DNA of 64,000 bases from Limisphaerales bacterium (GTDB lineage Bacteria; Verrucomicrobiota; Verrucomicrobiia; Limisphaerales; JAJOIW01), in the NCBI GenBank assembly GCA_965657355.1, contig CBFHOE010000007.1, positions 96,001 through 160,000 on the forward strand, read 5' to 3'. The notes under the pieces are model-generated. The model saw nothing but the letters and a program-made list of their open reading frames with translations, was not told the DNA's origin and did not search any database. Positions 48,582 to 58,562 of this stretch are shown in pieces. The number at the start of each line of letters is the position of its first letter. Within the stretch, counting starts at the first letter, position 1. Both the position numbers and the translations under genes were made by a program.

Positions 48582-50876
48582 TTAGTTGTTTAATAGAACA
48601 GGAGGAATTTTTTGTTCCTCAATTCTCAGCCAAAAATGACCACGTGGTGGTTGAACACCCCTTCTTGGATGGTTGTATCGCAAAAAACTCTTGGCAGCTA
48701 TGGTTACTTTTCCTCCCGCAAATTCATCTTTTACATCAGCATAAATATGAGTTCCTCTGGGTTGCCCACCTTGTCTTACGGCAACACCCCTGTCAGATTC
48801 AGTCAAAAGCTTTCCGTTGATGTAAATAGCAAAACCTTCGCCTGAATTGACGTGAGCAGCTCCACCAACAACGATCCTATACCTGTGCCCTTGTTTAAAT
48901 GGTGGCAATTCCACTTGCCCTCGCATGAGTAATACCTCCTTTTCCCATAATGATTTGGGTGTAATACTGCATCCACAAAAATCAGCTGTGCAAGATTCAT
49001 TCAGTGGAATCAAGTTCCCATCAAGCTGACCAAAGGGTTGAAAACCTTTCTTCCAATCTGGATGATTAGCTTCAAAACTTGGACTGGACCATTCCTGCGC
49101 CCCATCAGGATAGGTTACAGGACGGTAGCGATTTCCTTTATCTAAAGGAAGAGCCTCTTTCGGGTCAAAAGAAAGATAATCCCATTGAATTTCATTTAAA
49201 TTTGGTCCAAATGGCTGCCAATCGAAATCGTTCATATCAATCGTACGGTAGCAATTCTCTAAACCATAAATAGCCCCGCGCAGAAATTGGCTTCGTCTTT
49301 GTGGGCGTTCACAATTTGCCTCCGCGATCAAGGTTTTGGCATATTTGGGATTATTGACATATGAATTAATAATGCCATCAATAACAACCGGTTTTATTGC
49401 ATCTTGAGCTAGTTCTTTTTCTAACTCTGATAATTCCGTCAACTTAAAGGAAGCTTTTGACTGTGATCTTGGACCTTGAGGAACCGGTTCAGCCTCGCCT
49501 CCCTGCATAGCTACCATAGCACGCCCAATGGCATCTCCAATCAACATGTATGTTTCTGCGTTTCTATTATAATGATAGTCTTCACTTTTTGGGGACTCCT
49601 CAATTTCTCTCCAAAAATTCCTAGTATCGACCGAAGCCACATTTCCTTTGTATTCAGGGTGGCGATTGAAATCTGACACAGCCAGCTGGGCTTTTAAAAT
49701 CCTCTGAAATTTTTCCTGCATGTTGTTGCCACCAAAACCAACTGTAGCAACAACTACGGGTAATTTGGGTTTATTAAATTCTTTTCGAACATCGTTGATG
49801 AGATTTACCAGATGCTTTTCATATTCTGTAATACCTGGTTCGGAAAAACTATCCTTATGCCCCTGAAACCAGGCAAACCCAGAGATCTCATACCCCTGCC
49901 CTTTATAACCAGGCACTACTTTATCGATGTCTTCCAATGTTTTTCGAACACCTTCGATCATGAGTTTATACTCACCAGATTCAAAATTATTATCTGGATC
50001 TGTGCGACCACTTGATGGGGGACGAAAATCAAACCCCAAAGATCTGTTACCCTGTGCAGTTTTTATGAGAAGAACTTGTTCATCATGGTAAGTTCCCATG
50101 ACATGTCCAAAACCTAGTTCAGGTCCAATCGACCGCCCATTATTTGAAGACGGACTTAATGAAGACCCTTTGCCATCCTTAGCTAAGCGAGCTTCTTGAA
50201 AATAGACATCCTGACGAACAGTCCAGTTTCCATCAGAATCTACGAGCCAGGGGAATTTACCTTCCCTCTTGGCAACGGCTTCTAGATCTCCATTTCCTAA
50301 TAAATCTTTCTTTTCTATCCAAAAATGCGGGGCATCACCTTTGAAACCTGAAATAGAAAAAGAATACCGATTACCAGGAATAAGTTTTACAGCCTCTTTC
50401 TTTGCAGGCTCACCTTTTTCCCTGAGATAGACTTGTTTACCATTTAATTTCATTTCTGCGTATGAGTTGTCGCCAAATCCACATTGGAATTCATACTCTC
50501 CATACAAAGGAACTTCGAAACTTCCATTAGCGACAGTTTTTTTGGTGGGCCTTCCATTTGGGAGCAGAATTCTTAATGGGGCCGCTTTAAAGTGACCAAC
50601 CTGGTATATTTGAAATGGACTATTCGGAGTATACGGGTTCGAGCTGAAATAAATGCCACTATACATGTTCTTGGCCCCGCTTAGATTCCCCATGCCCACC
50701 ATATTTGATTGTCCAGCAAGAATATAAACCTTCACTGGTTTCGTAGAATCGCCAGGTTTACCATCTGGATCCGGAAGAATGGAAGGAATCTTATATCCTT
50801 CTGAAGTGGCACTTTCAGGCAGAAGACATGTCAGCAGTATTGCCAGACATATACTATTTAGTCTCGTTAAATTCAT
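48582..50876 (-). CDS. Multidomain sialate O-acetylesterase-like (SASA) protein with a PA14-like insert and C-terminal beta-sandwich
   Basis: Signal peptide; GQSNMVG, IGPELG, WFQG, DYHYNRNAETY; paralog of 35766-36845. Confidence 0.8.
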   Translation of the reverse strand: MNLTRLNSICLAILLTCLLPESATSEGYKIPSILPDPDGKPGDSTKPVKVYILAGQSNMVGMGNLSGAKNMYSGIYFSSNPYTPNSPFQIYQVGHFKAAPLRILLPNGRPTKKTVANGSFEVPLYGEYEFQCGFGDNSYAEMKLNGKQVYLREKGEPAKKEAVKLIPGNRYSFSISGFKGDAPHFWIEKKDLLGNGDLEAVAKREGKFPWLVDSDGNWTVRQDVYFQEARLAKDGKGSSLSPSSNNGRSIGPELGFGHVMGTYHDEQVLLIKTAQGNRSLGFDFRPPSSGRTDPDNNFESGEYKLMIEGVRKTLEDIDKVVPGYKGQGYEISGFAWFQGHKDSFSEPGITEYEKHLVNLINDVRKEFNKPKLPVVVATVGFGGNNMQEKFQRILKAQLAVSDFNRHPEYKGNVASVDTRNFWREIEESPKSEDYHYNRNAETYMLIGDAIGRAMVAMQGGEAEPVPQGPRSQSKASFKLTELSELEKELAQDAIKPVVIDGIINSYVNNPKYAKTLIAEANCERPQRRSQFLRGAIYGLENCYRTIDMNDFDWQPFGPNLNEIQWDYLSFDPKEALPLDKGNRYRPVTYPDGAQEWSSPSFEANHPDWKKGFQPFGQLDGNLIPLNESCTADFCGCSITPKSLWEKEVLLMRGQVELPPFKQGHRYRIVVGGAAHVNSGEGFAIYINGKLLTESDRGVAVRQGGQPRGTHIYADVKDEFAGGKVTIAAKSFLRYNHPRRGVQPPRGHFWLRIEEQKIPPVLLNN

Positions 50877-50894
50877 GAGATAGAAATTGAAAAA

Positions 50895-50923
50895 ATTCTA
50901 TCACTTAAGGTCACAGAAGTCGA
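50895..50923 (-). promoter_or_regulatory. Candidate extended -10 promoter
   Basis: Minus strand TCGACT-N17 (ending TGa)-TAGAAT upstream of the ATG at 50876. Confidence 0.5.
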
Positions 50924-50935
50924 GAAATGTAAGGC

Positions 50936-50960
50936 TTGTGAAAAAGTCACATTTTCACAA
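50936..50960. promoter_or_regulatory. Inverted repeat, candidate regulator site or weak terminator
   Basis: TTGTGAAAA-N7-TTTTCACAA. Confidence 0.4.
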
Positions 50961-50985
50961 ATGATAAAACCACATCACTCCAAAT

Positions 50986-52347
50986 TTATCTTCGTTTATC
51001 TTTGCGTTTCAGGTAACTCTTAGGAAGTGTGGAAGTCCATTCGTTTAATTTTTTTCTGAGCTGGGAAACGACCTCTGGATAAGCAGTGGCTAGATTCTGA
51101 CTTTCGTCGAGATCCTTAGAAAGGTCATATAGTTCTACCCTTTTTCCTTTCCTGAGGTTTAAATGAAGTTTCCATTGACCGTCCCTGATGGCGGGGGAAC
51201 TTTTATGGCTGCTCGTCTTCCAAAATAACGGCTTACTTCTCTTTCGTTTTCCACCAAACCAAATATCTGAAATATCTTCACCATCGACTTCACCTGGAAT
51301 CTTTTCGATTCCGGTTATAGAGCAAAGGGTCGGCAGCCAGTCTATGAAGGAACAGATGTTAGTTGCATCCACAACCCCTGATTTTATTTTTCCAGGCCAC
51401 CTCACAATAAATGGAACTCGAGTCCCACCTTCATATTGTTGGTGTTTACCTCCTCTGAACTCTCCGGCATACCCCAACATATTTTCAGAAAATTCCCTAA
51501 CTCCTTTATTGGCAACGACAATAGGCGCAGGACCGTGATCACTTGAGAAAACCACTATGGTATTATTGCGTAGGCCTAGCTCATCTAAAACTTTCAAAAC
51601 GCGACCAACATTACGATCTATCTGGAGAACGTCTCCAAGATATTGCTTCATAGATTGGTCAAGCTTACCATCAATTTGAAGACATTCGTCGAACTTGTGC
51701 TGCATTGTTTGTGAGAAATCCTCACGATCAACAACCACATTTTCAAATTCCTCTACCAGCACTTGAGAAGTATTCACGGGAAAGTGAGTAGCATGCCCCC
51801 AGATATTGATATAAAATGGGTTTTTGGAATTTTCTTTAATGAATGTAATAGCCTCTGAAAATAAATCGTCATCTCTACCCGCTTCTTTGTTTTTACTTTT
51901 GCCAATGACCTTTACAGTGTCGATTCCATATATCCCATTCTGATCATTTGGACCAATATGCCATTTACCAAAATGACCAGTTCGATATCCATTTTTCTTA
52001 AGCAGTTCAGTTATTGTGATTCGGTCTCCAAAACCATAATCTGCAGCATATTTTTGAAATCTTGCCGGAAAAACCCCCGTCATCAATCCAGTGCGGCTTG
52101 GATTACAGGTAACTCCGGTGACATAAAATTGGGCAAACCGAGTCCCCTCCTTTGCTAATCGATCCAAAGCAGGCGTTTTTGCATAAGGATGACCATAACA
52201 ACCAAGATCTCCATAACCAAGGTCATCAGCGAGGATGAATACAATATTTGGTTTCTCGTTAGCCTCAATCGAAGAAAACAAAAAGGCCAACTGTGAGATG
52301 ATAATCCCAGTGAAGAGCTTCAAGTATTTTGGATAAATGGACCGCAC
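50986..52347 (-). CDS. Formylglycine-dependent (S1) sulfatase
   Basis: PNIVFILADDLG, CNPSR, GKWH, SDHG, YEGGTRVP; GTG start. Confidence 0.93.
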   Translation of the reverse strand: MRSIYPKYLKLFTGIIISQLAFLFSSIEANEKPNIVFILADDLGYGDLGCYGHPYAKTPALDRLAKEGTRFAQFYVTGVTCNPSRTGLMTGVFPARFQKYAADYGFGDRITITELLKKNGYRTGHFGKWHIGPNDQNGIYGIDTVKVIGKSKNKEAGRDDDLFSEAITFIKENSKNPFYINIWGHATHFPVNTSQVLVEEFENVVVDREDFSQTMQHKFDECLQIDGKLDQSMKQYLGDVLQIDRNVGRVLKVLDELGLRNNTIVVFSSDHGPAPIVVANKGVREFSENMLGYAGEFRGGKHQQYEGGTRVPFIVRWPGKIKSGVVDATNICSFIDWLPTLCSITGIEKIPGEVDGEDISDIWFGGKRKRSKPLFWKTSSHKSSPAIRDGQWKLHLNLRKGKRVELYDLSKDLDESQNLATAYPEVVSQLRKKLNEWTSTLPKSYLKRKDKRR

Positions 52348-52494
52348 AGCAAAGTTAATATGAGATGTTGTTCCGTTCTGAATTATACTAAGATTATCGA
52401 CCCATCAAAGATTTCTGGGATAAACCATCCACAAGCCCTTCAAGCCGGAAGGAATATATTTACTTCCTCCAGCTAATGTGGTTAGACCAATTGA

Positions 52495-53292
52495 TTAGTG
52501 ATCTAGTGGAAGCAGCTCTACTTTACGGAACTCAACTGGATGACTTTCCGATTGAAGTGAAATACTACCGCCCTTGAGGAGTTTTACGCCACCATTAGCG
52601 GTAATAAGTTGTTTACCAATATCAGATCGGGGATCTAGTTGAGGTTTATTGAGCTCAAAAACGACCTTACCATCAATCACATTGCGGATAACTTGACTAC
52701 CTCTTACTTCGAGTTCAACTATTACCCATTGATCGCCATGATAAGTTTCTGACTTTGAATTGAGGCAATGGTTGGTGATCAGTTTTTTATCCATGACGAT
52801 GTTTGTATATGGTGTACAAATATTTGCTGTAGTCCGCTTACCAGACCCTCCACCTCCAAGTAGTTGGATCTCAATGGAAGCAGGAAAATCTTGATCAATA
52901 CTCATGGATTCAGGAGTTTGACCGTGAATCATAATTCCTGAATTTCTAAAAGCCCAGCCCGGCCCTCCGGGAGCTTGGTCACCAACAAATCGATATTCCA
53001 GCCTCAGGCGATAGTGACTGAATGGTTGGTGGTAAAAAACATGGCCAAATGTTTCATTAAATTGATCGTATGCCTCATATCCGACCTTCATTACTCCATT
53101 TTCAACCCGAAATGTTTTACCATAATTATCCCCCAACTTACGGCCTCGAATTTTAACCTGCCAGCCTGTGAGGTCCTTCCCATTAAAAAGTTGAATCCAA
53201 CCACTTGTAGAATTTTTTTTGTGGTGATCGGGTAAAGCAATCTGGGGGATGAGTAGCCCAGCAATAATAGCTATAAACGCAAAGGATTTCAT
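52495..53292 (-). CDS. DUF1080 (3-keto-disaccharide hydrolase family) protein
   Basis: Signal peptide; LFNGKDLTGW, NSGIMIH, IEIQL, ISLQSESHPVEFR; start moved to ATG 53292. Confidence 0.88.
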   Translation of the reverse strand: MKSFAFIAIIAGLLIPQIALPDHHKKNSTSGWIQLFNGKDLTGWQVKIRGRKLGDNYGKTFRVENGVMKVGYEAYDQFNETFGHVFYHQPFSHYRLRLEYRFVGDQAPGGPGWAFRNSGIMIHGQTPESMSIDQDFPASIEIQLLGGGGSGKRTTANICTPYTNIVMDKKLITNHCLNSKSETYHGDQWVIVELEVRGSQVIRNVIDGKVVFELNKPQLDPRSDIGKQLITANGGVKLLKGGSISLQSESHPVEFRKVELLPLDH

Positions 53293-53365
53293 ATATCGAC
53301 AATTTACCAAGATATGAGTGTATGTCACGCTGATATCGAAACTAATAAAAGTTAACTCATAAAAG

Positions 53366-54829
53366 CTACTTTTTATATATGGGCTGAGGCATTTTAGCCC
53401 CCATGGCGACCTGCCAGTCTTTCAGTGCCAATTGAAGTTGTTTGGCAATACCAGGAAATCGAGAACTCAAATCATTTTGTTCGCCAATGTCATTGGACAA
53501 GTCGTAAAGCTCTACTTGATCGTATTCATAAAATTCGATGAGCTTCCATTTTCCAGACCGTATAGCAGCACCAGGGCGCCAAGTGGAACCATGATAATGT
53601 GGGTAATGCCAATAAGCATTTCGCAAAGGCAGCGAACCGGCACCTTCAAACAATGGCACGAGGCTCACACCATCTAACTTAGGGATAGGTGTATTAGTAG
53701 AAGAACTCAATTCAACAATAGTGGGAAAAAAATCCGTACTGAGAACCATTTCATCACATATCGACCCCGGCTCATTTATCACTGGCCCAGAAACTATCAT
53801 CGGCTCCCTAATTCCGCCTTCATACAACCAACCCTTACCACTTCTTAAAGGCAGGTTGCAGGTAGGCCCTACTTTTTTTAAAGTGGCAAGCCCACCATTA
53901 TCAGAGAAGAAAAACACGATAGTAGATTCCCGAAGGTTTAACTTTTCCATGGAATTGATAAGAGATCCAACACTCGAATCAACTGCAGCTACCATGCTTG
54001 CATAAGCTGGATTATCTTGACGCGAGCGCGTCTTGGCGCCTCTTTCATTTATTGGCACAGAATCCGACTCGCCATAGAGGTAATCTTTCCTATTTTGGTA
54101 TTTCTCGATCTCCTTTAAATAGGGCTGAATTGGAGTGTGGACATTATAATAGCTTAAGAAAGCTAAAAATGGTTCGCCCTCATCACGCTCTTCGAAAAAA
54201 TTGATAGTTTCCTCAGTCAATCTCTCCGTGAGGTATTCGCCCTTTTTGTTTGATTTCAAATGAGGATTTGTCCATGGCGCATAATATCCACCCGGAGGTG
54301 ATCCTTTATGGAATCCTCCTATGTTATGGTCAAATCCCTGATCTGTGGGGAGAAAACCTTCCCCTCCCAAATGCCATTTGCCCGCAAAAAATGTTGCATA
54401 ACCAGAATTTTTAAGGACCTCAGCGATAGTCAGCTCACTCAGTGGCAATTCATTGAGGTCATTTATATGTTGGAATTTTGCGCCTTTGTATCGTGAAGCA
54501 TTAGCACCGGGAATCCAGTCCGTAATGTCCACCCTGACTGGATGTCTACCTGTCATGATACTTGCCCGCGTTGGAGAACAGACTGATCCAGCGGCATAAC
54601 CTTGAGTAAAAAGAAGACCTTCCCTAGCCAATTTATCAATATGGGGCGTTTGGTGATAGCGACTCCCATTCACGCCTATGTCGGCCCACCCGAGGTCATC
54701 CACTAGAAGAAAAAGAAAATTGTATCTGGCAGAATTGTTAGAAGTCGTAGGTTCCGCGATTAAAGAAGAAAAGAACAAACCTGCCAAAAGAAGACTTGCA
54801 GATGCACAGAAAGGATGGGCCCGTTTCAT
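53366..54829 (-). CDS. Formylglycine-dependent (S1) sulfatase
   Basis: [45 protein letters not shown]. Confidence 0.93.
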   Translation of the reverse strand: MKRAHPFCASASLLLAGLFFSSLIAEPTTSNNSARYNFLFLLVDDLGWADIGVNGSRYHQTPHIDKLAREGLLFTQGYAAGSVCSPTRASIMTGRHPVRVDITDWIPGANASRYKGAKFQHINDLNELPLSELTIAEVLKNSGYATFFAGKWHLGGEGFLPTDQGFDHNIGGFHKGSPPGGYYAPWTNPHLKSNKKGEYLTERLTEETINFFEERDEGEPFLAFLSYYNVHTPIQPYLKEIEKYQNRKDYLYGESDSVPINERGAKTRSRQDNPAYASMVAAVDSSVGSLINSMEKLNLRESTIVFFFSDNGGLATLKKVGPTCNLPLRSGKGWLYEGGIREPMIVSGPVINEPGSICDEMVLSTDFFPTIVELSSSTNTPIPKLDGVSLVPLFEGAGSLPLRNAYWHYPHYHGSTWRPGAAIRSGKWKLIEFYEYDQVELYDLSNDIGEQNDLSSRFPGIAKQLQLALKDWQVAMGAKMPQPIYKK

Positions 54830-54853
54830 TGGATTTGTTTATGAATATTATAA

Positions 54854-57800
54854 TTAATATTGGATTGTTATCATGTTGGAGTTTGCATCTATGGATCCCT
54901 GAGTTTTCTTTCCACCAGGCCAAATTGCTTCAATCGATTTTACGTTTCTCACATCGCCTAGAATTGGCCTTGATGAGGATTGTGAATTATATCCGTCCCC
55001 AGCTACAATTGGAATGGATATTTTCTGACCATCTTGCTTTGTTACCAAGAGGCGAGCACCCAAGCCTTTAGGATTATTTTTTGGGCCTGCCAACGAAACC
55101 CTGACTCCAGGCTCACCATTTTGGTTAAGCCATAATGTAGTATCTGATGCATTTTGAGAGACAATAAGGTCCGGCCTGTTGTCATTATTAAAGTCACCCC
55201 AAGCAGCACCTCTTTGCTCTCCATATACCATAACCCCGGATTCTATCCCCTGAGCAGGGTCAAAGGTGCCTCTCCCTGATCCAAACAATATGAGGCCTCT
55301 CCCTGCTTCAAGCTTAGGAGCATCAGGTTGTTGTTGAAAAAAGTTTTGAGTGATGAATAAGTCAATCATCCCATCTCCTTGCCAATCTGCTGTAACGATT
55401 GAGAATACTGGGCTATGCTGAACAACGGAAGGAAGTGGCCTTTTTTCAAATTTTCCCGCACCCAAATTGAGAAAAAGGCAACTTCGTAGTTCATTGCATT
55501 CCCGTTTAGTGAAACGAGAAAATCTATTGGCATAAATTTTTTCAATAGTCGACGTCCCGTAAACTTTATGAGTTGGGACAGTTCGCACAAGCTCCGGGAA
55601 GACTTTAGACGTCATCAAACGATCTCTATAAGGTAAGTGCTTACCAGTCTTAACATCCAAATAAGATTCCACCAGGGGGTAGCCTCCTGCGATTTGACTC
55701 TTTTCAAAGAATAGACGCATTGGCTTTTGCCCCTCGGAAGAGTAGTAATCATTCAATCCCCAGTTTCCACCCACAATGTCCAGGAGCCCGTCTTGATTAG
55801 CATCGATTAAAGCAATCGACTGCCATAAACCAGCATTTTGACTTTGCGATATAATCGAATTGTGAGCTTTTAAAACCCCATTTTCATTAGTGAAAACGGC
55901 AATATTCCCCCATTCACAAGCAACAATGAGATCAACCCATCCGTTGTTATCTAGATCGCCAGCGGTGGCTCCTCTGACTGAGCCTGTGAGCTGTAGAGCC
56001 TGTTTCAAAACGTAACCACTGCCTTTGAGATCATAGATTCCGCTTTGTGAGCTCACTGGGTATTGGCCGGACATGGCGCTACCGGCAATGAAAAATTCTA
56101 CTGTCCCGTCTCCGTCAAAATCGGCACCAACCACAGCCCCAGAACCAGTAGGTCTGGGCGCAAAAGAATCCGATCCGGAGGTCGTATACACTGAGTTTTC
56201 ACTGGAGGATCCTTCATATCTATCTTCTGTAATAACTAGATCTGCAGTTTGATTAGTTCCACCATGTTTCACATTTATTAAAGCGGAGGTATCGCCGGCC
56301 ACATTGGGTTTTATTATCTTTTTACTGAAGGCTGATTTATTTGAAATCCGAACTTCAATACTGCCTCCTTTACCCGCGCCAACAGCTACGTCGTCAATAC
56401 CATCACCGTTATAATCCAAAACACTAATAGGAGGACCATTATGACTTAACTTCCTCGCCAACAATGCTTGTAATTGAAAATCATCATAAACACTTTCCTG
56501 ATGTTTGTGATCCAGCATTTTAGTTGATTCAAGAAAAAGCCTATTCTCTGGTTTAGTCTCATCGAAGGTGTTTTTTACTATGATGTTATTACCCGATGAC
56601 GCAGTTGTTGTTTGATCAATTATGTAAGCCCTATTTGCTTTCAAACCGTGGAGTTGAGTGACGTCCCCATTGCGCCACCGTACTGTGAGTGAATGCGACG
56701 CTTCTGGGGTAGCGGCAAAAACTCTGAGGTAATCATCACCCGAAACATACCGGCCACCAGCAATAATTTCTTGAGATTGAGAAACTGGACCGCCCTCGAA
56801 AGTAATTCTAGCACCAACACCAAAAGTATTTGGGAACTTCCCATGGAGTCGAATGGAGACTCTTGGTTTGGCTGTTATGTTTTGATAAATTTCAGCAGGA
56901 GTATTAGTATTGGAAACCACAATGTCGAGGTCTCCATCATTGTCTAAATCTGCTGTAGCCATTCCATTACTTACATTCTTTCCATTGAAACCCCATTCAT
57001 CACCAGCTTCCTCAAAGCGCGTATTTTTCAAATTTCTGAAGGCATAATTTGGGCTATCATCTCGAGGATATAAAAATATATCCCGCCTTTGCTCTGCCAA
57101 ACTTGATGTCTTTTTTCGACCCACAAGATCAATTGTATCAAGATCATCGACATCGTATTCAAAACCATTTGTAACTAGAAGGTCTTCCCACCCGTCGAGG
57201 TCGACATCAATGAAAACTGGAGTCCAAGTCCACCCCGAAGCAGAAACCCCTGAAAAATTGGCGACTTCAGCGAATGACCCATCGCCTCGGTTGAGGTAAA
57301 GATTATTTCTTCGGACCTGATCTCGACTATCAAGATTTCCCATGGTCTGTGGACGAACAGGCATTGTTCCTCTTTGAGTCATCCTCTGTTGATGCCGTCG
57401 ACTCAACATATCCACTACAATAAAGTCATCATCTCCATCACGATCAATATCAGCAAAATCGGTCCCCATGGAGAAAAAAGGTGTTTTTCGAAAGTTAAAA
57501 ATATCAACCTCCTTAAATATTCCTTTCCCATCATTAAGAAAAAATCTATCTGGAGTAAATGAGTCATTACAAATGTACAGATCTGGGGCCATATCCCCAT
57601 TGATATCCCGGAAAGTCACGCACAAGCCCTGATCAAAAGGAGCTTTTTCATAAGCCTTCCCGGTCGCATCTAAAAATCTTCCAGAGGTTATTGGTTCGGA
57701 CTTAAAGTTTCCGTTCCCGTCATTTATTAAAAAGTAATCTTCCTCACCTAGTTCGAACATGAGCCCATCAATGAACATGATTCTTTTGGCGAACTTTCCT

Positions 57801-58513
57801 CGAACATAAGGCTTGCCATTCCTATACATGATCCTAACAAGCCCCCCACTTCTAACTAGGGATTGGTAGCCAAAATTGGTGATATACATATCTAAATCAC
57901 CATCGCCATCGACGTCAGAAAGAGCGATAGAGTTACTTCCATATTTATTATTCATTCCTGGGAAACCTGATAATTTACTAAATTTACCATTTCCATCGTT
58001 TCTAAAGACAATATTTGGGTTGCCCATTGCCGTTACAATGAGATCTAAATCAGAATCACCATCCACATCAGCAAACACAGCTCCTGTGGAATTCTTTCCA
58101 ATGGACTCGACTCCAGATTCGCGTGTCACATCTTGGAATTTCATGTCGCCCAAATTTTTATACATCACATTTGCCCCATTAATATTAGGGAAATAAATAT
58201 CACAAAGCCCATCACCGTCATAGTCACCAAGAGCAACACCAGAACCATTCATGAGGTTCTTATTGACCATCATTTTGACATCCGTGAGAATGTTCGTAAA
58301 TGCCACTCCAGTTTCCGCGCTGCGTAACAATTTAAAGCCATCTAATTGACTAGATGATTGGGTCAATACAGCTTCCTTAACTTGGGCACCCTCCAAAGCA
58401 ACCATCTTCCAATCTAATGCCCTGGAAGAAACACACCCGAACAATATTAGTGTTATGGCCAGTATCAATTTGTTCCTATATAAAATACTTATCTTAAAAT
58501 TTGTCATTTCCAT
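54854..58513 (-). CDS. FG-GAP/VCBS-repeat ASPIC/UnbV (CRTAC1-like) protein
   Basis: Many D.DGDG.LD Ca-binding repeats; two ASPIC-like modules (GVGARI...GGRYVSGD; GLGARL...GDGYNSQ). Confidence 0.88.
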   Translation of the reverse strand: MEMTNFKISILYRNKLILAITLILFGCVSSRALDWKMVALEGAQVKEAVLTQSSSQLDGFKLLRSAETGVAFTNILTDVKMMVNKNLMNGSGVALGDYDGDGLCDIYFPNINGANVMYKNLGDMKFQDVTRESGVESIGKNSTGAVFADVDGDSDLDLIVTAMGNPNIVFRNDGNGKFSKLSGFPGMNNKYGSNSIALSDVDGDGDLDMYITNFGYQSLVRSGGLVRIMYRNGKPYVRGKFAKRIMFIDGLMFELGEEDYFLINDGNGNFKSEPITSGRFLDATGKAYEKAPFDQGLCVTFRDINGDMAPDLYICNDSFTPDRFFLNDGKGIFKEVDIFNFRKTPFFSMGTDFADIDRDGDDDFIVVDMLSRRHQQRMTQRGTMPVRPQTMGNLDSRDQVRRNNLYLNRGDGSFAEVANFSGVSASGWTWTPVFIDVDLDGWEDLLVTNGFEYDVDDLDTIDLVGRKKTSSLAEQRRDIFLYPRDDSPNYAFRNLKNTRFEEAGDEWGFNGKNVSNGMATADLDNDGDLDIVVSNTNTPAEIYQNITAKPRVSIRLHGKFPNTFGVGARITFEGGPVSQSQEIIAGGRYVSGDDYLRVFAATPEASHSLTVRWRNGDVTQLHGLKANRAYIIDQTTTASSGNNIIVKNTFDETKPENRLFLESTKMLDHKHQESVYDDFQLQALLARKLSHNGPPISVLDYNGDGIDDVAVGAGKGGSIEVRISNKSAFSKKIIKPNVAGDTSALINVKHGGTNQTADLVITEDRYEGSSSENSVYTTSGSDSFAPRPTGSGAVVGADFDGDGTVEFFIAGSAMSGQYPVSSQSGIYDLKGSGYVLKQALQLTGSVRGATAGDLDNNGWVDLIVACEWGNIAVFTNENGVLKAHNSIISQSQNAGLWQSIALIDANQDGLLDIVGGNWGLNDYYSSEGQKPMRLFFEKSQIAGGYPLVESYLDVKTGKHLPYRDRLMTSKVFPELVRTVPTHKVYGTSTIEKIYANRFSRFTKRECNELRSCLFLNLGAGKFEKRPLPSVVQHSPVFSIVTADWQGDGMIDLFITQNFFQQQPDAPKLEAGRGLILFGSGRGTFDPAQGIESGVMVYGEQRGAAWGDFNNDNRPDLIVSQNASDTTLWLNQNGEPGVRVSLAGPKNNPKGLGARLLVTKQDGQKISIPIVAGDGYNSQSSSRPILGDVRNVKSIEAIWPGGKKTQGSIDANSNMITIQY

Positions 58514-58562
58514 TCATGCATTGCCACGTTTTGTCTGAGAAAATTTTTCGAGGATTCGAAAT

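Noticed and set aside
54854..58513. Repetitive D.DGDG motifs as a DNA repeat array
   Set aside because: Protein-level FG-GAP repeats with diverged codons, not a nucleotide repeat or CRISPR
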